From Armatimonadota bacterium (GTDB taxonomy: Bacteria > Armatimonadota > SYMT01), in the NCBI GenBank assembly GCA_041690135.1, contig JAWLHY010000001.1, positions 1,184,001 through 1,248,000 on the forward strand: 64,000 nt of DNA, read 5' to 3'. The number at the start of each line of letters is the position of its first letter. Position 1 is the stretch's first letter. Position numbers and translations under genes: made by a program. The notes under the pieces were generated by a model that saw only the letters and a list, made by a program, of their open reading frames with translations, made no database searches and was not told the origin of the DNA. Shown in pieces: positions 27,801 through 34,967 of the stretch.

Positions 27801-28392
27801 CATGGAAATCTACTGGGACTATCTGGGTGTGACTCGGCTGGCGAAGGCCGGCGCTTCCACGGTCCGCACGCAAGAGCTCTTGCCTGAGACGGCAGAACTA
27901 CGGTACCGGGGATTCTCGAAGCTGTTCCACCCCAAGCGCTCCACACCGGAGACTCCGCTCTACGATGAAATCGCCGGCACTGCTCCCCACTGGCTCGATC
28001 TGGTGGGCTTCTACACCCGCTTTGGGGATGTGCGGGAGTTGGTGACGAAGGTGGAGGATCGCTACGTAATCATGAATGCGGGCGATGAGCTCCGGCTTCG
28101 GTTCCGCGCGCCGGCCCCGCCGCCGGCCGGTTGGAAACGGGACTTCATCTTTGTGAGCGATGGCTGGGATAAGGACGGGAACTTCAACACCAGTTTCTCG
28201 AACACCGTTCTTCCGCTTCCCGCCCACGGTCGGCCCGCCTACGATACGCCCCCGGTTCCCCTCGAGCGGGATCCCGTCTACCGGCGCTACCCGGAGGACT
28301 GGTTGAAGTTCCACACGCGCTACGTCTCCACGGATGAATTCCGGAATATCCTGCGACCACCCGCCGCGACCGCTGGCGAGCGCCGCCCCTAG
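24823..28392 (+). CDS. TPR + FG-GAP repeat + ASPIC/UnbV lipoprotein (CRTAC1-like)
   Basis: Lipobox LAGC, TPR helices, multiple DxDxDGxxD repeats, VHFGLG..ITWPNG, GSCPWLF C-terminal domain. Start uncertain; the ORF is open to 24712. Confidence 0.85.
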   Translation: MRGRIDACGRWKANAAVGTIPLLGCLLLAGCPSAEQTAQKRIARDPQLYAQVVTAFHTGVVAMQANDQERAAAQLTRATELAPHEAAAWANLGLQRLRAQKFAPAAEALERARRLAPRNGDILVYSALLARTQGNPEEAARYLKEAIAADPSNAEAHARLIEQLEMLSAPGSEEEIARHYERILEIDPGNLVAQLGLARLAARSGDREALLKRLEGLETSASSWPAEAQQRLQAIRAKAAASNPRSVGTDIQILTNVLKGTAPYRESQRLLGQGTGTQVGTPLQRFLVLPQPPATPAPADDSLAFKEESLTPENAPWATVFRLQPTAPPGATGEPVPQSAAGSDAPPTLVFPASGSLALGAGTGRKVPFPGVPTSPDTVQPIDWNDDWRPDLLLAGNGGVRLLHQNAPGEWIDITAQSGVPLGVTGASYSGAWVADFDLDGDLDGVLGTADREPVVLRNNGDDSWSVARPFGGVRGLRDWVWGDLDGDGDPDAALIDGRRQLVVLVNERGGHFRTASLGEAGGGALALALADADHQGTLDVLVLRGSGTIEAVSSQDDSTWRASELVRWSGAPAQGPARVLWEDLDNNGGADLVASGPDGTQIWLQDAGRKLQPLAEQLNAQVYAIHDMNDDGRLDLVGISNNRPVRLLNQGTKDYHWQVLRPRNQFVREGDSKINSFGIGGEAEIRAGLLVQKMPIDSPRVHFGLGTSVRADVARITWPNGQVQGEFDLVADGAPLAVQRLTGSCPWLFAHDGKSVKFVTDVLWKSPLGLRINAQDTAGVSQTRDWVKVRGDQLAPVEGYYDLRVTAELWETDFFDYTSLLVVDHPAETEVFVDERFSIPQPPLEVLVAEPPVPVSRARDEQGRDVTAMVTRLDGQYLDTFPLGQYQGVAQDHYVEVELPRERVGQDGRSPWLLGQGWVFPTDSSINVAISQGRHPRPEGLSLEAPDGRGGWKTVRTGLGFPAGKYKTVRIDLAGVFPPGYKGPHRLRLRTNMEIYWDYLGVTRLAKAGASTVRTQELLPETAELRYRGFSKLFHPKRSTPETPLYDEIAGTAPHWLDLVGFYTRFGDVRELVTKVEDRYVIMNAGDELRLRFRAPAPPPAGWKRDFIFVSDGWDKDGNFNTSFSNTVLPLPAHGRPAYDTPPVPLERDPVYRRYPEDWLKFHTRYVSTDEFRNILRPPAATAGERRP

Positions 28393-28431
28393 ATCCGCAG
28401 TAGCCGCCGGTGCGGCGTAGAGTACTCGACG

Positions 28432-30231
28432 ATGAAGCAACATCCGGTCGCCCGAATCGTTTTGACCACCGCGTTTGTGGGGTTGCTGGCTTCCGCCGCC
28501 GTCCTGTCCCGCGTCTATGCCCGCAAGGACCCTGCGAGCGTAAGCCCCCAGGCAGCGGCGGATGCGGTAGCCCGGTACGGTTTCCGCCTGGAGGAAGTCT
28601 CCCGAAAGGCGGGCCTGGATTTCACGCACAGCACGCCCACGCTTCACGCCTCTCTGGCGCACATCATGCCGCAAATCGCGTCCATGGGCGCGGGGGTCTC
28701 CATCGTAGATTTTGACCGCGACGGCTGGAACGACCTGTACGTGACGAACAGCGGCGAAGGGAGTAAGAACCGGCTCTACCGAAACCTGAAAGAGGGCCGC
28801 TTCGAAGACGTGGCCGAGGCCATGGGGGTGGCGGACCTCAACAGCGCCGGAACGGGCGTGTCGATGGGAGCCGTGTGGGGCGACTACGACAACGACGGCT
28901 TCGAAGACCTGTTTGTCTACAAGTGGGGCCGCCCGGAGCTATTCCACAACGAAGGCGGAAAAGCGTTCAAGCGGGTCACCGATGGGGCGGGGCTGCCCGC
29001 GTGGGCCAACTGCAACAGCGCCGTATGGTTCGATTACGACCGTGACGGCAATCTCGACCTTTTCCTGGGCGGCTATTTTCGGGAAGATCTGGACCTCTGG
29101 AACCTGAAGTCCACCCGGATGATGCCCGAGAGCTTTGAATACGCCCGGAACGGTGGCCGGAAGTACTTGCTGCGCAACCTCGGGGAAGGAAAATTCCAGG
29201 ACGTAACCGCGGAAACCGGTTTGGAAAGCCGGCGCTGGGCACTGGCGGTGGGCGCGGCCGATCTTCGCGGGACCGGTTATCCCGATCTGGTAATCGCCAA
29301 CGACTATGGGGTCTCCGAACTGTTCGTCAATGAAGGCGGGAAGCGTTTTCGCGACATCGGTAAGGAATCCGGGATTGGCGAGCGTCCGAAGAGTGGGATG
29401 AACGTTGCCTTTGGAGATATTCAGAACAACGGGAAGTACGCTCTCTACATCACCAACATCAGCGAGGAGGGGGTTCTCGTCCAGGGCAACAACCTCTGGG
29501 TGCCGCATGAAGGCAGCACGGGGAAGAACCCGAAATACGATAACCTGGCGGAGGTGATGGGCGTCGCTCTCGGTGGTTGGAGCTTCGGCGCGCAGTTCGG
29601 TGACCTGAACAACGATGGCCTGCTCGACCTGTTCCTGACTAACGGTTACGTTTCGGATGGTGAGCAGAGCTATTGGTACGACTTTTCCAAGATCGCGGGC
29701 GGGAACACGGCGATCATCGGCGATGCGAAGAACTGGCCGCCGATGGAAGGCCGCAGCCTCTCGGGCTATCAGCGAAAGCATGTGTGGCTCAACGACGGCG
29801 CCGGCAAGTTCAACGACGTGGCTTCTCTCGTCGGCGTTAGCGAGACGTTCGACGGTCGCGCCGTGGCGATGGCGGACTTCTGGAATCGCGGAGCGCTCGA
29901 CGTGGTGGTGGCGCACCAGAAGGGTCCCCTGCTGCTATACAAGAACACCGTCCGGCCGGAGCACGACTGGATCGAGTTCGAGTTGGAGGGAAGCCGGAGC
30001 AACCGCAGCGCTATCGGCGCGGAGGTCCGGGTATTCTGGTCGGGGCAGCAGCAGGTTCAGCAGGTCGCCGGGGCTAGCGGTTTCTGCGCCCAGAACCAGC
30101 GTCGCCTCCACTTCGGCCTGGGCGCGGATGCGAAGATCGAAAAGGTCGTGGTCCGCTGGCCCTCGGGAAAAGAGCAGACCCTCCCCGCCCCTGAACTCCG
30201 CACTCTGCACCGATTGAAGGAGCCGGTATGA
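28432..30231 (+). CDS. CRTAC1-family FG-GAP/ASPIC-UnbV protein (enediyne E4/UnbV-like)
   Basis: MGAGVSIVDFDRDGWNDLYVTNS, repeated DYDNDG, SNRSAIGAEV, LHFGLG, VRWPSG. Confidence 0.88.
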   Translation: MKQHPVARIVLTTAFVGLLASAAVLSRVYARKDPASVSPQAAADAVARYGFRLEEVSRKAGLDFTHSTPTLHASLAHIMPQIASMGAGVSIVDFDRDGWNDLYVTNSGEGSKNRLYRNLKEGRFEDVAEAMGVADLNSAGTGVSMGAVWGDYDNDGFEDLFVYKWGRPELFHNEGGKAFKRVTDGAGLPAWANCNSAVWFDYDRDGNLDLFLGGYFREDLDLWNLKSTRMMPESFEYARNGGRKYLLRNLGEGKFQDVTAETGLESRRWALAVGAADLRGTGYPDLVIANDYGVSELFVNEGGKRFRDIGKESGIGERPKSGMNVAFGDIQNNGKYALYITNISEEGVLVQGNNLWVPHEGSTGKNPKYDNLAEVMGVALGGWSFGAQFGDLNNDGLLDLFLTNGYVSDGEQSYWYDFSKIAGGNTAIIGDAKNWPPMEGRSLSGYQRKHVWLNDGAGKFNDVASLVGVSETFDGRAVAMADFWNRGALDVVVAHQKGPLLLYKNTVRPEHDWIEFELEGSRSNRSAIGAEVRVFWSGQQQVQQVAGASGFCAQNQRRLHFGLGADAKIEKVVVRWPSGKEQTLPAPELRTLHRLKEPV

Positions 30232-31103
30232 CCACCGAACCTGCCAGCGTGACGGTTTCCACCCCGGCGACGGCCGGCGGTGAGGCGGTCGTCCCCGAAA
30301 AGAGCAAGCCGAAGTTCGATCAGCGTTTCGTGGCGCCGATCTTCATCACGCTGGTGCTCATCGGCGCGCACTTCTCTGTCGGCGCCCTGGAGAGCCCGTG
30401 GAAGACGGCGCTGGCCATTGTCAGCTCGATTCTGACGGAGATCCTGCTCGGCCGGATCTTCACGGGCAAGACCCCTCACCTGGCCAGCGCGTACATCTCC
30501 GGCATCAGCGTGGGCATCCTGGTCCGATCGCCCTTCTTCTGGCCCTATGCCCTGTGCAGCATCATCAGCATCGCCTCCAAGTACGTGCTGCGGGTACAGG
30601 ACCGGCACCTCTGGAACCCGTCGAACTTCGGCATTGCGGCATTGCTGTTCCTGGCTCCCCAGGCTGTCGCCAGTCTCAGCATCCAGTGGGGCAACTCCAT
30701 TGGCGCTATGCTGGTGATCTGGACCCTCGGGTCGATCATCATCTACCGTTTGAAACGGTTCCACATCTGCGTCACCTACGTGATCTCTTTCCTGTTGCTG
30801 GCCGGTCTCCGCACCGCCATCACTGGGCACAGCTTCTGGGCCGAGGTCGCGCCGATTACGGGTCCGATGTACCAGTTGTTCACCTTCTTCATGATCACCG
30901 ACCCCAAGACTACGGTGAGTTCGAAGAAGGGGCAGATCGTGGTGGTGGTGCTGGTGGCCGTGGTCGAGTGCATCTTCCGGTTGTTCCAGAATGTTCACGC
31001 ACCCTACTACGCATTGTTCCTGGTGGGCCCCGCGGCGAACTATCTCGAGATCGTGATGAAGAAGCGCGACGGAGCCGCGCCTGCCAACTTGCAAACGGCA
31101 TAA
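30228..31103 (+). CDS. RnfD/NqrB-like membrane protein (enediyne E5/UnbU-like)
   Basis: SKYVLR..RHLWNPSNFG and FFMITDPKTT. ATGA overlap with the UnbV-like gene. Confidence 0.8.
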   Translation: MTTEPASVTVSTPATAGGEAVVPEKSKPKFDQRFVAPIFITLVLIGAHFSVGALESPWKTALAIVSSILTEILLGRIFTGKTPHLASAYISGISVGILVRSPFFWPYALCSIISIASKYVLRVQDRHLWNPSNFGIAALLFLAPQAVASLSIQWGNSIGAMLVIWTLGSIIIYRLKRFHICVTYVISFLLLAGLRTAITGHSFWAEVAPITGPMYQLFTFFMITDPKTTVSSKKGQIVVVVLVAVVECIFRLFQNVHAPYYALFLVGPAANYLEIVMKKRDGAAPANLQTA

Positions 31104-31177
31104 GCTGGTTAGCTTCCGGTTGACATCGTAATTCGCGCGGTCGGCCGCTGTACAGTGCAGAGGCGCAGGCAGCAAAT

Positions 31178-31816
31178 ATGGCTTCGGAACCCGTGTATCG
31201 GAGTTACGGCGACTGGGACTTCGTCGAATTCCAGGGGGTTATCACTTCTCTCCCGGCTGCCCACATCGAGGATCACCGCCGGGTGCTCGAGCGCGATGGA
31301 AGCACCGCGGAGAGATGGGGACTTGAGGCGTTTCTAAACCACGAGCATCCCGCAAGTTCACAAGCGTCGAGTCGAGAGGGCGTACGCAGCCTGCTGGATA
31401 TGGCGGCCGAAATGGGCGAGGCACTCCAGCACGCCTGGCCGGACCGCCACTTTCATGTTTTCTGCGTGCTGGGGAGCGACTACCTGACGTTCTACCAGGC
31501 GGACGCGGATGCGGATGCTCCCGCCACGGAAGTCAGCGAGTCTCGCCCCGCCCATTCGGTGTGGTCCAACGATCCGGACCTCCGGTGGTGTGATGCCTGC
31601 GGCGGCGACCAGGCATTCACTCCAGTGGCAGTGTCCGACCCGGAGTTTCCGATGCTGGCATGGGCATGTTGCCGGGTCTGTGGTCATGAGATGGTTGCGA
31701 CCGAGTGCCGCGTCACGTTCCGTGTTGGGCCAGGGATTCAACAGGATTTCGTGATCGGTGGCTACGTTCCCCAACCTCACGCCCCTACCTGGAAGGTCGC
31801 GAATCGCCAGGTGTAA
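31178..31816 (+). CDS. Hypothetical protein with C-terminal CxxC...CxxC Zn-ribbon
   Basis: 212-aa ORF with CDACGG and CRVCGH. Confidence 0.6.
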   Translation: MASEPVYRSYGDWDFVEFQGVITSLPAAHIEDHRRVLERDGSTAERWGLEAFLNHEHPASSQASSREGVRSLLDMAAEMGEALQHAWPDRHFHVFCVLGSDYLTFYQADADADAPATEVSESRPAHSVWSNDPDLRWCDACGGDQAFTPVAVSDPEFPMLAWACCRVCGHEMVATECRVTFRVGPGIQQDFVIGGYVPQPHAPTWKVANRQV

Positions 31817-31910
31817 GGGTTTCGGGGCAGAACTTTAACTTTCTTGATCAGGTTCTGCACCGTTCACGGATCCCGCTTAGCCAACTCGTAGCAGGCTCAA
31901 GAGCGCGGGG

Positions 31911-31970
31911 TTCCAACTTTCAACCTTCAACTTTTGACTTTCAACCTTCAACCTGCCAACCTGCCAACCC
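31911..31970. repeat. Heptamer/octamer tandem repeat (TTCAACC / TGCCAACC)
   Basis: ttccaact-ttcaacc-ttcaact-tttgact-ttcaacc-ttcaacc-tgccaacc-tgccaacc. The same motif recurs at 33207-33375. Confidence 0.8.
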
Positions 31971-31997
31971 TGATCCAGTACGGGCGAACCGTACCCC

Positions 31998-32870
31998 TCA
32001 CGGACTACAAGAGTAGACATCGTACTGGTTGTCCCGGTCGGAGACCCAGGTGAGGGTACGCCCGTCCGGCTTCCAGGCGGGTGAGAAGTCATAACCGGGG
32101 TAGTCGCTCACGTTGCGGAGACCGGACCCGTCCAGATTGACCACGTAAATCTCCGGGTTGGTGTCTCGCATGCTCACGAAGGCCATCCGCTTGCCGTCCG
32201 GAGACCAGGCCGGGCTCACGTCGGTGGCGGGATGTTCCGTGAGGCGCTTGACGTCGGTGCCGTCCGCCGCCATCACGTAGATCTCGAAGTTGCCGTCCCG
32301 GTTGCTGTTGAAGGCGATCTGCTTCCCATCCGGCGACCAGCGAGGATACTGCTTGAGGCTGGGGTCGGAGGTAAGGCGCCGGAGATTGCCGCCATCAGGG
32401 GCGGCCTGGTAGATCTCCTGTGTCTTGTCTTTGGTAGTGGTAAAGAGGAGGCTCTTCCCGTCGGGCGACCAGGCCGGGAAGTTCTCGAACGATTTACCGG
32501 GAATAGGCACCAGGTGCTTGCGCGCGGAGCCGTCCTCCGCCATCTCATGAATGTCCAGTTCCCCATCGGTACCGGACTGCGTGACGTGGATGAACACCAG
32601 ACGTTTGCCGTCCGGCGACCAGGATGGCGACCGCTCCACGGGATCCTTCGTTAACACTCGCCAAGCGGCCGCACTGGGGTCGAATTCCAACACGGCAATC
32701 CCGATCCGGCCCGTCTGGTGATAATAGCTACAGGCCAGCTTCTTACCATCGGGCGACCAGGCCAGGTCTTCCTTTCGCTTGCCATCGTGCGTGAGGCGAG
32801 TGATGGGGCTTGCGGCTGTGATGGGTCCGAAGCCCAATGCCACCATGAGGGTGCAGAGGGCGCCAACCAT
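31998..32870 (-). CDS. TolB-like PD40 beta-propeller protein
   Basis: Six P.WSPDGK-type repeats and SNRDGNFEIYVM. Signal-like N-terminus; start uncertain. Confidence 0.9.
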   Translation of the reverse strand: MVGALCTLMVALGFGPITAASPITRLTHDGKRKEDLAWSPDGKKLACSYYHQTGRIGIAVLEFDPSAAAWRVLTKDPVERSPSWSPDGKRLVFIHVTQSGTDGELDIHEMAEDGSARKHLVPIPGKSFENFPAWSPDGKSLLFTTTKDKTQEIYQAAPDGGNLRRLTSDPSLKQYPRWSPDGKQIAFNSNRDGNFEIYVMAADGTDVKRLTEHPATDVSPAWSPDGKRMAFVSMRDTNPEIYVVNLDGSGLRNVSDYPGYDFSPAWKPDGRTLTWVSDRDNQYDVYSCSP

Positions 32871-32964
32871 TACGGCAACAGCCCGCTGATTATGCTGGGG
32901 CGGGGTCAATCTCTTTGACGTTTCGTGCGGCACTCGGGTCAGTTTCACAGTTGTTGCCCTCTGC

Positions 32965-33048
32965 CGCCCCTCCGGGGCTCGTTCGAGTTGGCGTCAAATT
33001 CCGGGGGTTTGCCACCCCCGGCTATCCTCTCTCCGCCCCTCCGGGGCT
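32965..33048. repeat. REP-like palindromic element
   Basis: Two identical CGCCCCTCCGGGGCT palindromes (32965-32979, 33034-33048) flanking the hairpin CCGGGGG-tttgcca-CCCCCGG (33001-33021). Confidence 0.7.
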
Positions 33049-33206
33049 ACAAAGTCGGCAATCGCCGCACACTGAGCTGTGCAGGTTCCGTAATGCGCTG
33101 CAAGCTTCCAAACCTTGAGCCGCCGAGGGGGTGCCAGATCACGTCAGGACCCTCTTGCACCCACCTGCAATTTCCGGATCCCTAACCCCTGTCCCCCGAG
33201 GGGGGC

Positions 33207-33375
33207 TTCAACCTGCCAACCTACAAGCCTGCAGCAACCCGTGGCAATGCGTACCCGCACCAGTTCCAAGGGTCCCAACTTTCAACCTTCAACCTGCCAA
33301 CCTGCAACTTTTTTGTAACCCCTGGCGATACCGTACCCCAACAGTTTCCAGGTCCCCAACCTTCAACCTTCCAAC
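33207..33375. repeat. Imperfect 81-bp tandem duplication built on TTCAACC motifs
   Basis: Units start at 33207 and 33288 (TTCAACCTGCCAACCT...AACCC.TGGC.AT.CGTACCC...CAGTT...CCCAAC.TTCAACC), with a third partial start at 33369. Confidence 0.75.
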
Positions 33376-33405
33376 TCAGATCCAGCCCTCGCCAATAAGT
33401 ACCCA

Positions 33406-34731
33406 CTAAAGTAGCTCCTGGATGGGTTCGCCTTCCACCGGTAGACCGAGCGCCAGCACATCGGTGCGGGTGATGCCGACCGCCTCGAGCATCGTGAGGC
33501 AGAAATCGGCGGGGGTAACCGGTCGGGAAGCGGGGTATTCGCCGCGGTCATCACTGATGCCCACGACCTGGCCGCCGCGAACACCCGCTCCGGCCATCAG
33601 GGCGGAGTAGCAGTTCTGCCAGTGGTCACGCCCGGCGTTGGGATTGATCTTGGGGGTCCGCCCGAACTCACCGGCCGCCACTACGAGCGTGTCTTCCAGC
33701 AGGCCTCGCTGGCTAAGGTCGTCCAGGAGCGCCGCACATGCCTGGTCGAAGGGCCAGCACTGCCGTTCGGCCAGCATTTCGAAGTTGCGGTAGTGGTTAT
33801 CCCAACCGCCGTCGCCGGCGTCTTCCTCCGCCTCCACGTGCTGGCTCCAGTTGACCTGGACGAACGGAACGCCCGCCTCCACCAGGCGGCGGGCCAGCAG
33901 GCAACTCTGGCCGAAGCGGTGGCGGCCATAGTTGTTCCGGAGTTTGTCGCTCTCGCGGCCCAGGTCGAACACCTGGCGCCCCTCGCCACTGGTCATCAGG
34001 GAGAAGGCCTGCCGGTAAAAGCGGTCGAGCGCCTCCGTTTCCCGGTTCTGCAGCAAATCCGCCCCGGCAGCCTCCCGCAGCAGCTTCTGCCGCCGTTCGA
34101 TGCGGTCGCCGCCGAGGCCGTCCGGAGGAGCCACTTCTCCCAGCAGAACTCCTACCGCCGGATCGTACTTCACCCGGAACGGATCGTACACGGCGCCCAG
34201 GAGGCCGCCACCCTCTCCCTGAATGGGCCGATGGCCCTGGTGGAGACGGTCCCCGATCGTTACGAACGACGAGAGCACGGGGTGCATCCCGCGAATGCGG
34301 GCCGCCACCGCGCCGACGTGCGGATAGACCACCCCCGCCTGCGGATTCCGGCCGGTCATCTGGATGGTGCCGGCCAGGCCGTGGTCGTTGGTTCCGTGGT
34401 GAAGCGTGCGGACCAGGGAATAGTGGTGAGCGCGGCGGGACAGTCGCGGAAGCAGCTCGGTGACGCGGATGCCGGAGACATTGGTCTCGATAGGTTGGTA
34501 AGGACCGCGGTACTCGGCGGGGGCTTCCGGCTTCGGGTCGAAGGTGTCCAGGTGCGGCGGGCCGCCCCACAGCCAAAGGAGAATGATGGAGCGCGGCCGG
34601 TCGAGATGTGCGGCCAGGGCGGCATGCTGGGGCAGCGAAAGGCCAAGAGCGCTCAGGAAACCGGCCTGGACGAGCGCGCGGCGGGTGATGCCCCGGCAGT
34701 TTCTCTGTCTGGTCTCGCCAATCAGCAACAT
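33406..34731 (-). CDS. DUF1501 domain protein
   Basis: ITRRALV, IILLWLWGGPPHLDTFDPKP, FGQSCLLARRLVEAGV, GEFGRTPKIN..AGRDHW. Confidence 0.92.
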   Translation of the reverse strand: MLLIGETRQRNCRGITRRALVQAGFLSALGLSLPQHAALAAHLDRPRSIILLWLWGGPPHLDTFDPKPEAPAEYRGPYQPIETNVSGIRVTELLPRLSRRAHHYSLVRTLHHGTNDHGLAGTIQMTGRNPQAGVVYPHVGAVAARIRGMHPVLSSFVTIGDRLHQGHRPIQGEGGGLLGAVYDPFRVKYDPAVGVLLGEVAPPDGLGGDRIERRQKLLREAAGADLLQNRETEALDRFYRQAFSLMTSGEGRQVFDLGRESDKLRNNYGRHRFGQSCLLARRLVEAGVPFVQVNWSQHVEAEEDAGDGGWDNHYRNFEMLAERQCWPFDQACAALLDDLSQRGLLEDTLVVAAGEFGRTPKINPNAGRDHWQNCYSALMAGAGVRGGQVVGISDDRGEYPASRPVTPADFCLTMLEAVGITRTDVLALGLPVEGEPIQELL

Positions 34732-34967
34732 ACGCAGTTTGAACCCCAGCCCAACAGCCAGTTTCAGCAAAGAGCAGGCGAACGAGGGTCTTTGGATTCA
34801 CACGAACGAGACCGATAATCTCTCGGACCGCGCGCAATCGGGAATAATCCTTCTAAAGAACGAGCCGAAAGCAGGGGATCAGGCCGGCTTCCTGTAAGTC
34901 TCAGATCAAAGGCGCGTTTGAAGGTAGCTGCTCCGAGTCGTTCGCCCCGCGTCGAAAGGAAGCTGTT

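Noticed and set aside
30228-31103. Rnf or Nqr respiratory complex
   Set aside because: No other rnf/nqr subunits nearby and no flavinylation motif.
28432-31103. Enediyne biosynthetic cluster
   Set aside because: No pksE, E3/DUF1702 or thioesterase gene in the window.
31998-32870. tolB of a Tol-Pal system
   Set aside because: It lacks the TolB N-terminal domain and has no tolQRA/pal neighbours.
33207-33375. Possible CRISPR array with 81-bp period
   Set aside because: The would-be spacers resemble each other, so this is a degenerate tandem duplication.
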